Shown: positions 16,044 through 25,296, counted from the first letter of the stretch. The stretch is 40,211 nucleotides of DNA from Acidimicrobiales bacterium (GCA_035649455.1 DASRJN010000577.1:1-40211), one strand, 5' to 3'. Notes: generated from the sequence alone by a model not told the origin. Translations and numbers: made by a program.

Positions 16044-16771
16044 CGGCGCCGCTTCTCGACGTCCGCGGCGTGTCGAAGTCCTACGGGGTCACGGTCATCG
16101 ACGACCTGTCGGTGGCGGTGGCCGAGGGCGACGCGCTCGGCATCGTCGGCCCTAACGGGGCGGGCAAGACGACGTTGCTCAACCTGATCGCCGGCGACGA
16201 GCACCCCGACGCGGGCACGATCACCTTCGACGGTGTCGACGTGACGCGCCAGCGGGCCGATCGGCGGTGCCACGCCGGCCTGGCCCGCACCGCGCAGGTG
16301 CCGCGCCCGTTCGAGGACCTGACCGTGTTCGAGAACGTGCTCGTCGCTGCGGTGTTCGGCTCCGGGCGCCCGGCTCGCGAGCGGGAGGCAGTGGCCCCGG
16401 CCGTCGCCGCCCTGGAGCGGACGCACCTGCTCGACCGCGCCAACGACCGGGCCGGCACGCTGGGCCTGCTGTCTCGCAAGCGGCTCGAGCTGGCCCGCGG
16501 CCTCGCCACCCGGCCCCGGGTGTTGCTGCTCGACGAGATCGCGGGGGGCCTGACCGACGGCGAGGTGCTCGACCTCATCGACGATGTGAAAGCCCTCCGT
16601 TCGGAGGGCATGACGATCGTATGGATCGAACACGTCGTGCATGCCCTGCTGGCAGTGGTCGACCGGATGGTGGCCATGAGCTTCGGTCGGAGGATCGCCG
16701 AGGGCGACCCCGACGAGGTGATGGCCAGCCCGGCGGTGCAGGAGGTCTACATGGGGGTGGCGCCGGAATGA
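16040..16771 (+). CDS. ABC transporter ATP-binding protein (LivG-like)
   Basis: Walker A GPNGAGKTT, signature LSRKRLELARGL, Walker B LLLDEIAGGL. 4-nt overlap with the SBP stop. Confidence 0.85.
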   Translation: MTAPLLDVRGVSKSYGVTVIDDLSVAVAEGDALGIVGPNGAGKTTLLNLIAGDEHPDAGTITFDGVDVTRQRADRRCHAGLARTAQVPRPFEDLTVFENVLVAAVFGSGRPAREREAVAPAVAALERTHLLDRANDRAGTLGLLSRKRLELARGLATRPRVLLLDEIAGGLTDGEVLDLIDDVKALRSEGMTIVWIEHVVHALLAVVDRMVAMSFGRRIAEGDPDEVMASPAVQEVYMGVAPE

Positions 16772-17481
16772 GCGAGCCGCTGCTGGCGATCCAGGGTCTG
16801 TCGGCCGGCTACGGCGCCTTCCAGGCCTTGTTCGGTGTCGATCTGCGCGTCGCCGAGGGCGAGACCGTGGCCGTGATCGGGGCCAACGGTGCGGGCAAGA
16901 CCACGCTGCTGCGGGCCATCGCCGGGCTGGTCCCGGCCACCGCGGGCACGGTGCGCTTCGCGGGGGCCGACTTGCTCGCGGTGCCCGCCTACCGGCGGGT
17001 GGCCGAGGGCATCGCGCTGGTCCCCGAGGGCCGGCGGCTGTTCCCGAGCCTGAGCGTCGAGGAGAACCTGCTGGTCGGCGCGCACGGCCGCCGCCCCGGT
17101 CAGTGGGACATAGGCCGGGTGCTGGAGGTGCTGCCGGTGATCGAGCCGCTGCTCTCCCGACCGGCCGGTGTGCTGTCGGGCGGCGAGAGCCAGGCCGTCG
17201 CCATCGGCCGGGCGCTCATGAGCAACCCGCGGCTGGTGCTGCTGGACGAGGCGTCGCTGGGGCTGGCCCCGGTCGTGATCAAGCGCCTCTACGCGGCGCT
17301 GCCCGACATCATCGGGGGCGGGACCACCGTGCTGATCGTGGAGCAGGACATCGGCCAGGCCCTGGCGCTGGCCGACCGCATCGTGTGCCTGCTGGAGGGC
17401 CGGGTCTCGCTCACCGGCACGCCCGCCTCGGTCGACCGCGAAGACATCACCGCCGCCTACTTCGGAAAGGTCAGGACGTGA
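16768..17481 (+). CDS. ABC transporter ATP-binding protein (LivF-like)
   Basis: Walker A GANGAGKTT, signature LSGGESQAVAIGRAL, Walker B LVLLDEASLGL. ATGA overlap. Confidence 0.85.
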   Translation: MSEPLLAIQGLSAGYGAFQALFGVDLRVAEGETVAVIGANGAGKTTLLRAIAGLVPATAGTVRFAGADLLAVPAYRRVAEGIALVPEGRRLFPSLSVEENLLVGAHGRRPGQWDIGRVLEVLPVIEPLLSRPAGVLSGGESQAVAIGRALMSNPRLVLLDEASLGLAPVVIKRLYAALPDIIGGGTTVLIVEQDIGQALALADRIVCLLEGRVSLTGTPASVDREDITAAYFGKVRT

Positions 17482-18359
17482 GCTGGGCCAACGCCGCGGT
17501 GCAGGGCGTGCTGCTCGGCGGGCTGTTCGCGCTGGTGGCCACCGGCCTGTCGCTGTCGTTCGGCGTGATGCGGTTCGTGAATCTGGCGCACGGCGACCTG
17601 GCCATCCTCGCCGCCTACCTGGCGGTGTCGACCACCACGATCCTCGACGTCAACCCGTTCGTGTCCCTGCTGGTGGTGGTGCCGCTCATGGCCGCGGCCG
17701 GCTACCTCACCCAGCGCTACGTCTTCGACCGGACGATCGGGCCCGACCCCCTGCCCGCCATCCTGGTGACGTTCGGCCTGGGCGTGGTCATCCAGAACGC
17801 GCTGCTGCAGCACTACAGCGCCGACTCGCAGGGCTTGGACGCGGGCTCGATCGAGACGGCCAGCATCCGCCTCACCGACGACATCGCGGTGGGCTGGTTC
17901 CCGTTGCTGACGCTCGGCACCGCGGTGGTCGTGCTGGTGGCCCTGCAGCTCCTGCTGTCCCGCACGCGGGCGGGCCGCGCCTTCCGGGCCACGTCCGACG
18001 ACCCGGACACGGCCCGGCTGATGGGCATCGACGACCGGCGGATCTACGCCCGGGTGATGGCCATCGCCTTCGCCACCGTGGCGCTGGCCGGGGTGTTCAT
18101 CGGCATCCGCCAGACGTTCGGTCCCGCCGAGGGGCCGTCGATCCTGCTGTTCGGGTTCGAGGCCGTGGTCATCGGCGGGCTGGGCTCGCTGTGGGGCACG
18201 CTGGTGGGCGGCATCGTGCTCGGCGTCGCGCAGGCCCTGGGCAACCAGGTCGACGTCCGCTACGACCTGCTCTCGGGCGTGCTGTTCGGGCACCTGCTGT
18301 TCCTGGCCGTGCTGGCGTTCCGGCCCCAGGGTCTGTTCGGGCGGCAGGGGCGGGCATGA
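17478..18359 (+). CDS. Branched-chain-type ABC permease (LivH-like)
   Basis: GTGA overlap. Polytopic hydrophobic protein with ..NLAHGDLAILAAY.. and ..RAFRATSDDPDTARLMGID.. motifs of LivH. Confidence 0.8.
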   Translation: MSWANAAVQGVLLGGLFALVATGLSLSFGVMRFVNLAHGDLAILAAYLAVSTTTILDVNPFVSLLVVVPLMAAAGYLTQRYVFDRTIGPDPLPAILVTFGLGVVIQNALLQHYSADSQGLDAGSIETASIRLTDDIAVGWFPLLTLGTAVVVLVALQLLLSRTRAGRAFRATSDDPDTARLMGIDDRRIYARVMAIAFATVALAGVFIGIRQTFGPAEGPSILLFGFEAVVIGGLGSLWGTLVGGIVLGVAQALGNQVDVRYDLLSGVLFGHLLFLAVLAFRPQGLFGRQGRA

Positions 18360-19378
18360 CCTGCGGCGCCCACCGCATCAGCCGGAGGACGCCCGAGTCC
18401 ACCGCCGGGCTCGTCGTCTTCGGCGCGCTCCTGGTCGCCCTGGCCACGCTGCCGGAGTGGGATCCCGACCGCACGTTGCAGGTCCCGCTGGTGATCGTGC
18501 TGATCTACCTGTCGCTGGCCCAGATGTGGAACCTGCTCGCGGGGTTCGCCGGGCTGGTCTCGATCGGCCAGCAGATGTTCGTCGGCATCGGGGTGTACTC
18601 GTTGCTGACGCTCGCCGAGGACCGCGGCATCGACCCCTACCTGTCGGTCGCCCTGGCCGGGTTGGTGGCGGCCGTGCTGTCGATCCCGGTGGCGCTGTTC
18701 GCCTTCCGGCTCAAGGGCGGCTACTTCGCCATCGGCACCTGGGTCATCGCTGAGGTCGTCCGCCTGCTGGTGATCGAGAGCGACTCGCTGGCCGGCGGCG
18801 ATGTGCGCAGCCTCACCCGCAACTCGCTGGGCGCCTATTCGCGGGAGGCCCGCGACGACATCACGTACTGGCTGGCGCTGGCCCTGGCGGTCGGGGCCAC
18901 CGCCATCGTGGTGCTGGTGCTGCGGTCACGGCTCGGCCTGGGGCTGCGGGCGGTGCGGGACAGCGAGGGCGGGGCCCGTGGCCTGGGCGTCGACGTGGGG
19001 CGGACCCGGCTGATCGTGTGGGTGGTGGCCGCCTTCTGGACGGGAGCCACCGGGGCGGTGATCCTGCTCAACAGCCCGTCGGCCCGGGCGGACTCCGCCT
19101 TCAGCGTGCTGCGTTGGACCGCGCTGGTGATCTTCATCGTGGTGATCGGCGGGGTCGGCAGCACCACCGGTCCGATCCTCGGCGTGGCAGTCTTCTGGTT
19201 CATCGACGAGCAGCTGGCCGAGGCGGACACCTGGCGCTTCATCATCCTCGGCACCGTGGCCGTGGTGATGGCGGTGCTGGCGCCGAAGGGCCTGTACGGG
19301 CTGCTGCAGCGCTGGCGGCCGGTTCAGTTCTTCCCCGTCCGGCGCCGGCTGGTCCCCCGAGCCGAGGAGCCTGCATGA
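18356..19378 (+). CDS. Branched-chain-type ABC permease (LivM-like)
   Basis: ATGA overlap. ..LSLAQMWNLLAGFAGLVSIGQQMFVGIG.. and ..LRAVRDSEGGARGLGVDV.. are typical of LivM. Confidence 0.8.
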   Translation: MTCGAHRISRRTPESTAGLVVFGALLVALATLPEWDPDRTLQVPLVIVLIYLSLAQMWNLLAGFAGLVSIGQQMFVGIGVYSLLTLAEDRGIDPYLSVALAGLVAAVLSIPVALFAFRLKGGYFAIGTWVIAEVVRLLVIESDSLAGGDVRSLTRNSLGAYSREARDDITYWLALALAVGATAIVVLVLRSRLGLGLRAVRDSEGGARGLGVDVGRTRLIVWVVAAFWTGATGAVILLNSPSARADSAFSVLRWTALVIFIVVIGGVGSTTGPILGVAVFWFIDEQLAEADTWRFIILGTVAVVMAVLAPKGLYGLLQRWRPVQFFPVRRRLVPRAEEPA

Positions 19379-20559
19379 CCGCCTCCGTCTACGTGGTCGA
19401 CGCGGTGCGTACGCCGGTGGGCCGCATCGGCGGCGGCCTGGCCGGCGTCCGCCCCGACGACCTGGCTGCCGCCGCCTTGCGGGGCCTGCTCGACCGGGTG
19501 CCGGCGCTCGACCCCGGTCGCATCGACGACGTCCATTTCGGCAACGGCAACGGCGCCGGCGAGGAGAACCGCAACGTGGCCCGCATGGCGGCCCTGCTGG
19601 CGGGGCTGCCGACCTCGGTCCCGGGCGTGACCGAGAACCGCCTGTGCGGCTCCGGCCTCGAGGCGGTGGCGGCCGCCAGCCGCGAGATCGCCACCGGCGA
19701 CGCCGACGTCTGCCTCGCCGGTGGCGTGGAGTCGATGAGCCGGGCGCCGTGGGTCGTAGCCAAGCCCGACCGCGGCTTCGACCGCGGCGACCGCACCATG
19801 CACTCGACCACGCTCGGCTGGCGGCTGGTCAACCCGCGCATGCCCGGTGAGTGGACCGTGCCACTGGGCGCGGGGGCGGAGATCCTGGCCGAGCGGTACG
19901 AGATCCGCCGCCCGGTCCAGGACGCGTTCGCCCTGCGCAGCCACCAGCGGGCGGCGGCGGCGTGGCGGGCGGACCGGTTCGCCGGCGAGGTGGTCCCCGT
20001 GCCCGGCGCCGACCTGGACCGGGACGAGAGCGTGCGCGGCGACACCAACCTCGACGCCCTGGCCCGTCTGCGACCGGTGTTCCGGGACGGTGGCACGGTG
20101 ACCGCGGGCAACTCGTCGCCGATGAACGACGGCGCGGCCGCCGTGCTGCTGGCGGGGGAGCGGGCCACCGCCGACCTCGGGGTGGAGCCGCTGGCCCGCG
20201 TCGCGGCCCGGGCGGTGTCAGCCGTCGAGCCCCACCTGTACGGGGTCGGCCCGGTGGAAGCCGCCGCCGTGGCGCTCGAGCGCGCCGGCATCGGGTGGTC
20301 CGACCTCAGCGTGGTCGAGCTCAACGAGGCGTTCGCGGCTCAGGCCCTGGCCTGCCTGGCCTGCTGGCCCGAGCTCGACCGCGCCATCGTGAACCCCAAC
20401 GGCGGCGCCATCGCCCTCGGCCATCCCATCGGCGCGTCCGGCGCCCGCATCCTCACCACGCTCGTCCACGAGCTGCAGCGCCGCGGCGGGCGCTGGGGGA
20501 TGGCGACCATGTGCATCGGCGTGGGCCAGGGCATCGCCGTCGTGGTCGAGGCGACCTGA
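19375..20559 (+). CDS. Acetyl-CoA C-acyltransferase (thiolase); by context 3-oxoadipyl-CoA thiolase
   Basis: ATGA overlap. [10 protein letters not shown] (active Cys), [28 protein letters not shown] and [10 protein letters not shown] motifs. Confidence 0.85.
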   Translation: MTASVYVVDAVRTPVGRIGGGLAGVRPDDLAAAALRGLLDRVPALDPGRIDDVHFGNGNGAGEENRNVARMAALLAGLPTSVPGVTENRLCGSGLEAVAAASREIATGDADVCLAGGVESMSRAPWVVAKPDRGFDRGDRTMHSTTLGWRLVNPRMPGEWTVPLGAGAEILAERYEIRRPVQDAFALRSHQRAAAAWRADRFAGEVVPVPGADLDRDESVRGDTNLDALARLRPVFRDGGTVTAGNSSPMNDGAAAVLLAGERATADLGVEPLARVAARAVSAVEPHLYGVGPVEAAAVALERAGIGWSDLSVVELNEAFAAQALACLACWPELDRAIVNPNGGAIALGHPIGASGARILTTLVHELQRRGGRWGMATMCIGVGQGIAVVVEAT

Positions 20560-20586
20560 CCGCGAGACGCCGGGCCTGACGGCGGC

Positions 20587-21177
20587 TCAGGTCGCCCACC
20601 AGTCCCTCGCGGCGTAGGCGGGTTGCCACTCGACCCGATAGCTCTGACGCACCGGCTCGGGAAGATGGCCCAGCATCTGTTCCGTGCGTTCGGCGTCTGC
20701 GCCATCCAGCAGCCACGGCAGGAAGCTGGGCATGTCGGGCCGGACCTTCTCCGCCGAGGCCTCGCCGAACTGCATCCATTGCTCCTCGGCGAGGGTGCGG
20801 TCGATGAGCGGCAGAGCCGCCTCTTCCTCGTGGGTGAGGTGGTGCTGGAGCCGGATGGCCAGCTCAGCGCGGGCCCGGGGCCTGGAATCGCCGCGAGCGA
20901 GGGCAGCGTCGATGTCCTCCAGGAGCGGGGCGAGCTCGGCGTGCTCGGCTTCCATCTCGGCGAGGAGCGCCGCGTCGTCGGTCCGGCTGATCAGCGCCTG
21001 CCGCACGACCGGCCACAGCGCCTCGTCCTCGGCGTCGTGGTGGGCGTGCAGGAAGCGCTTGAACCGGTCCCAGCCCTCGGATCGAGCCGTCATGTGCGCG
21101 ACCGCCTCGAGGTCGCGGCGGAGCGCATCGTGGTAGGCGAACATCGTCGTCATGTCGAGCTTGTAGTCGGTGTGCAT
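20587..21177 (-). CDS. Hemerythrin (HHE cation-binding) domain protein
   Basis: ..[11 protein letters not shown].., ..[13 protein letters not shown].., ..[14 protein letters not shown]... ATG 21177 behind GAGGGAGG; the track ORF starts at GTG 21198. Confidence 0.7.
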   Translation of the reverse strand: MHTDYKLDMTTMFAYHDALRRDLEAVAHMTARSEGWDRFKRFLHAHHDAEDEALWPVVRQALISRTDDAALLAEMEAEHAELAPLLEDIDAALARGDSRPRARAELAIRLQHHLTHEEEAALPLIDRTLAEEQWMQFGEASAEKVRPDMPSFLPWLLDGADAERTEQMLGHLPEPVRQSYRVEWQPAYAARDWWAT

Positions 21178-21256
21178 GGTGCCTCCCTCATCACGCACCT
21201 ACCCGGCCTCAGATGCATCAAACCAGATTGATTGAATATGGCGCGAGCCTGGGGGC

Positions 21257-21769
21257 ATGTCGTTCTTCGTCCACGGCGCCGGCGGGGCCCAGCCCCATGC
21301 CGAGGCGAGCGCCACGCTGGTCGGGGCGGGTACGGCCGAGACCCTGCGGTTGGGATCGACCGAGGTCGGCCTCGTGGCGCCCGGCAGCCTCACGGCCGGG
21401 CGCTACGGCCTGTTCCGGTTCGACCTGCCTCCCGGTGCGGGCGGGGCCCGACCGCACATCCACACCGGGTTCTCCGAGTCGTTCTACGTGCTGTCGGGCA
21501 CGCCGACCCTGCTCGACGGCCGGACGTGGGCACCGGCCGGGCCCGGGTCGTTCCTGCACGTGCCCGAGCACGGCGTCCACGGCTTCCGCAACGACACCGA
21601 CGAGATGGCCAGCTTCCTCGTGCTGTTCGCGCCCGGAACCCCCCGGGAGGAGTTCTTCCGGGAGCTGGCCGAGCTCTCGGCGTCCGGTCGCGAGCTGTCC
21701 GAGGCCGAGTGGGCCGACCTGTACCACCGACACGACCAGTACACCGTCGAGGGCGACGTGGGCGGCTGA
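21257..21769 (+). CDS. Cupin domain metalloprotein
   Basis: Cupin motif 1 RPHIHTGFSESFYVLSG and motif 2 GSFLHVPEHGVHGFRN. 170 aa. Confidence 0.7.
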   Translation: MSFFVHGAGGAQPHAEASATLVGAGTAETLRLGSTEVGLVAPGSLTAGRYGLFRFDLPPGAGGARPHIHTGFSESFYVLSGTPTLLDGRTWAPAGPGSFLHVPEHGVHGFRNDTDEMASFLVLFAPGTPREEFFRELAELSASGRELSEAEWADLYHRHDQYTVEGDVGG

Positions 21770-21812
21770 AACCCGCGGTCGTTCCACGCCGGGTCACCGG
21801 TAGGTTGCGGCG

Positions 21813-22982
21813 ATGGAGCCGCTGGTCCCCCTGCCCGGTCCCGACGAGGTGTTGCTGACGCGGCCGGATGCCGGCGAGGTGGCCGCCACGGCCCGCGGCA
21901 TCGCGTCGGTCGTGGCGCCCGAGGGCGGCCTCACCGACCTCCAGCGCCTGTTGCTCGAGGCGCTGTTCCCGGCCATGACCGACCATCCCGTGGACCTCGG
22001 CGACCTCACCCCGGTGAGCGTGGCCGAGGCAGCCGAGGTGCTCCGGCCCCGGAACCTCGCCTTCCGCACCCGCGGGGTGCAGGTCGCTCTGCTCGCGGGG
22101 CTGATCCTGCGCCCGCTGCCCGCGCACGTGACCGAGCGCATCGCCGCGTACGCCCGGGCCCTGGGGGTGGACGAGGGCATGGTCGGCGTGGCCCGCGAGT
22201 TCGCCCGCGGATCCCTGGGCCTCGCCGCCGTCGACTTCGAGCGCAACGGGTACACCGCCGACTGGGCGGCGGCCGATCGCCGGGAGCTGCACACCTCGCA
22301 GGAGCTGGCCTCGGCCTGGGACCTGGCGGCCGACGACCCCGAGCTGGCCGAGCGGTGGGCCGCGCTGGGGACGCTGCCCGAGGGATCGCTGGGCCGGGGG
22401 GTGTGGCAGCTGTACCAGGCCCGTGGCTTCTCGTTCCCGGGGCGGCCCGGATCGGCGCCGCCGCTGCTCGCCCAGCACGACTGGGTGCACGTGCTCGCCG
22501 ACTACGGGACCACGGTCGAGTCCGAGCTGGAGGTCTTCGCCTTCATCGCCCGCGCCAACGACGACATGCGGGCCTTCTCGCTGCTGGCCATGGTCGTCTC
22601 GCTGTTCGAGACCGGGTACCTGCGCACGGGGGCGGGGCTGTTCCAGGCCGATCCGGGCCACCTGTCCGTCGGCCGGTCGATGGCCCATCGGGTCGCCGAC
22701 GCCATGCGCCGCGGGGCCTGGTGCCACGACAACGTCACCGGGAACGACAGCATCGACTACCTCCGGCTCGACTGGTTCGAGCTGGCGCCGCTGCCGCTGG
22801 ACGAGGTCCGGGCCCGCTTCTGCCTGCGGGACAAGGGGCCCAAGGCGGTCGCGGCCGGCTCGGTCGGCCCGTGGGTACGAGGCGGGATCAGCCCGTTCCA
22901 GCTGGGCAGCGGCCGGGATCTCGCGGCCCGCGAGGGGAGAGAGTACGAGGCCTACGGCGCCGAGGTGGTGGCGCCGTCCTGA
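21813..22982 (+). CDS. Hypothetical protein with Coq4-like HDxxH-(x)n-E motif region
   Basis: 389 aa. LLAQHDWVHVLADYGTTVESELEVFAFIA matches the HDxxH...E putative zinc motif of the Coq4 family. The N-terminal ~190 aa is of unknown type. Confidence 0.5.
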   Translation: MEPLVPLPGPDEVLLTRPDAGEVAATARGIASVVAPEGGLTDLQRLLLEALFPAMTDHPVDLGDLTPVSVAEAAEVLRPRNLAFRTRGVQVALLAGLILRPLPAHVTERIAAYARALGVDEGMVGVAREFARGSLGLAAVDFERNGYTADWAAADRRELHTSQELASAWDLAADDPELAERWAALGTLPEGSLGRGVWQLYQARGFSFPGRPGSAPPLLAQHDWVHVLADYGTTVESELEVFAFIARANDDMRAFSLLAMVVSLFETGYLRTGAGLFQADPGHLSVGRSMAHRVADAMRRGAWCHDNVTGNDSIDYLRLDWFELAPLPLDEVRARFCLRDKGPKAVAAGSVGPWVRGGISPFQLGSGRDLAAREGREYEAYGAEVVAPS

Positions 22983-23569
22983 TCGCCGGCGGGCGGGAGC
23001 AGCTGGTCGACCAGCTCGCGCGCGATCCCGGGGCCGACCGTCTGGCCGAGGAAGAGCCGCCGCATGATGATCGGTCCCACCAGCGCGTCGGCCAGGATGT
23101 CGGGATCGGTCGCGGCCGGTAGCTCACCGGAGGCGATGGCGTCTCGCAGGAGCCCGACCAGCCCCTCCCGCCGCTCGGCGCTGAACCGGGTGTGGAAGGC
23201 CCGCACGTTGGGGTCGCGCTCGGCGGCGTCGATCAGGGCCGGCATGCACGCCGAGTAGGTCGACTGGTCGATGAGGCACGCCACCTGTTCGAGGATCTCG
23301 ATGACGCGGTCGCGCAGCGTTCCCTCGGCCGGAACGATGACCGACGCCTTCAAGGTGCGGAAGGCGTCCTCGACCAGCTCGAGCTTCCCGGGCCAGTGGC
23401 GGTAGATCGTGCTCTTGCCGACCTTGGCCCGGGCGGCGACGGACTCGATGGTGAGCCGGCCGTAGCCGACCGCGCCGAGCTCCTCGAGGACAGCCTCGAG
23501 GATGACTCGGCGCGAGCGCTCGACGCGCGGGTCCAGTTCGACGACGGCATCAGCGGCCAGGTCGACCAC
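22952..23569 (-). CDS. TetR family transcriptional regulator
   Basis: GTG 23569, 4 nt after the MFS stop. HTH GYGRLTIESVAARAKVGKSTIYRHWPGKLELV. The 3-prime end overlaps the convergent Coq4-like gene by 31 bp. Confidence 0.8.
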   Translation of the reverse strand: MVDLAADAVVELDPRVERSRRVILEAVLEELGAVGYGRLTIESVAARAKVGKSTIYRHWPGKLELVEDAFRTLKASVIVPAEGTLRDRVIEILEQVACLIDQSTYSACMPALIDAAERDPNVRAFHTRFSAERREGLVGLLRDAIASGELPAATDPDILADALVGPIIMRRLFLGQTVGPGIARELVDQLLPPAGDQDGATTSAP

Positions 23570-23573
23570 GCCC

Positions 23574-25199
23574 TCATTCTCGCGCGTCGGAGGACGCGCC
23601 AGCCGGTTCGAGCACGAGGTCGAAGTCGTCGAAGTCGTCGGCCACCGGCTCCTCGCCCGGATCGTCCTCGCCCCGCCGCCGCAGGGCGAGGACGGCCGCC
23701 GCCGCGGCCAGGGCGATGCCGAGCGCCACGCTGTTGACGAGGGTGAACGCATCGGTGAAGGCCGAGGCGGCGTGGGCCACCACCTGCTCGCCCCCGTTCG
23801 GGAGCCGGCCGGCGACCGAGGCGGCGGCCCCGATGGACTCGCCCGCCGCGGCGCGGGCACCGGCGGGCAGCCCGAGTCCGTCCAGGTCGACGGCGGAGCG
23901 GTAGGCGGAGCTGGCGATGCTCCCGAGCAGCGCGATGCCCAGAGCGCCGCCCAGCTCACGGGTGGTGTCGTTCACCGCCGAGCCGACGCCGGCCTTGGAC
24001 AGCGGGACCGAGGTCATGATCTCGCTGGTGGCGGGGGCGGCGGTGATGCTCATCCCGGCGCCGAGCAGCGCGAACGCCGCGCCGATCACGATGTAGGGCG
24101 TGTCGGTCGTCAGCGTCGTCAGCAGGCCGAAGGCGCCGGCCACGATCGCGAGGCCGAGGGCCATCACCCGGTGGGCGCCGTAGCGCTCGACCAGCCCGGC
24201 GCTGCGGGGCGAGAAGACCAGGAACGCCAGCGATGCCGGGAGGCCGGCCAGGCCCGCCTCCAGGGCGGAGTAGCCGCGGGCGAACTGGAGGTACTGGGTG
24301 ATGAGGAAGAAGAACCCGAACATCACGAAGAAGGCGATCGTGATCACGCCGCTGCCCGTGCTGAACCGCCGGTCACGGAACAGCGTCAGGGGGAGCATCG
24401 GGTGGTCGCTGCGCCGCTCCCACGCCACGAACGAGGCGAGCGCGACGCCGGCCACCGCGAACGCGGCCAGCACGAGACCGCTCGTCCAGCCGTCCTCGGG
24501 GCCCTGGATGATGGCGAAGATCAGGGAGCTGAGCCCGACCAGCGACAGCAGGGCGCCGACCGGGTCGAGGGGCGTGTGGGTGTCGTCGCGCGAGTTCGGC
24601 GCGAACCTGGCGACCGCGGCGACGATGGCCACCACCACCGGCACGTTGACCAGCAGGGTCGAGCCCCACCAGAAGCCCTCCAGCAGGCTGCCGGTGACGA
24701 TCGGACCGATGGAGGCACCGGCGCCCGCGAACCCGGCCCAGACGGCGATGGCCCGGGCCCGCTCCTCGGGCGGGAAGATCGACGTGATGAGCGACAGCGT
24801 CGCCGGCATGATGAACGCGGCGCCGATGCCCATCACGGCCCGGCTGGCGATCAGCTGGGAGGCATTGGCCGCCAGCCCGCCGAGCAGGGAGCCCAGGCCG
24901 AACACGGCGAGGCCGCCGAGCAACGCCCCTCGGCGGCCGAAGCGGTCACCGATGGCGCCGGCGCTGAGCAACAGGCCGGCGAACAGGACGGCGTAGGCGT
25001 CGACGATCCACTGCAGCTGCGACGCCGAGGCGCCGAGATCCTCCTGGATGGTCGGCAGCGCGGTGTTGAGCCCGGAGACGGACATGACCACGAGCACCAG
25101 CGACAAGCACATGATCGCCAGGAGGAACCAGCGCCGGGCGTGGATCTCGGGACGCTCGTGCAGCGGCACCGAGGGCGCGTTGAGGACAGAAGAGGACAT
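23574..25199 (-). CDS. MFS transporter, DHA2 (EmrB/QacA, 14-TMS) type
   Basis: ATG 25199 behind AGGAG. ..LNTALPTIQEDLGASASQLQWIVDAYAVLFAGLLLSAGAIGDRFGRRG.. is the DHA2 signature region. About 14 hydrophobic segments. Confidence 0.8.
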   Translation of the reverse strand: MSSSVLNAPSVPLHERPEIHARRWFLLAIMCLSLVLVVMSVSGLNTALPTIQEDLGASASQLQWIVDAYAVLFAGLLLSAGAIGDRFGRRGALLGGLAVFGLGSLLGGLAANASQLIASRAVMGIGAAFIMPATLSLITSIFPPEERARAIAVWAGFAGAGASIGPIVTGSLLEGFWWGSTLLVNVPVVVAIVAAVARFAPNSRDDTHTPLDPVGALLSLVGLSSLIFAIIQGPEDGWTSGLVLAAFAVAGVALASFVAWERRSDHPMLPLTLFRDRRFSTGSGVITIAFFVMFGFFFLITQYLQFARGYSALEAGLAGLPASLAFLVFSPRSAGLVERYGAHRVMALGLAIVAGAFGLLTTLTTDTPYIVIGAAFALLGAGMSITAAPATSEIMTSVPLSKAGVGSAVNDTTRELGGALGIALLGSIASSAYRSAVDLDGLGLPAGARAAAGESIGAAASVAGRLPNGGEQVVAHAASAFTDAFTLVNSVALGIALAAAAAVLALRRRGEDDPGEEPVADDFDDFDLVLEPAGASSDARE

Positions 25200-25242
25200 G
25201 TCGAGCTCCTGAGGGGGATCTGGGTGTGCTCGCCTCGTCCGA

Positions 25243-25296
25243 GACGTTGCCGTATCTGTCCGAAACGTAGTCGTCTCATAGCGATACGCCAACGTC
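25243..25296. promoter_or_regulatory. 14-bp inverted repeat GACGTTGCCGTATC-N26-GATACGCCAACGTC (13/14) upstream of the MFS-TetR operon
   Basis: Read directly. Also an inner GAGACG (25241-25246) / CGTCTC (25272-25277) pair. Lies between the HxlR-gene stop and the DHA2 MFS start. Confidence 0.4.

Noticed and set aside
20560-20586. Short hairpin CGCCG-N7-CGGCG between the convergent thiolase and hemerythrin genes
   Set aside because: A 5-bp stem in a >70% GC genome is expected by chance, so it is not called as a terminator.
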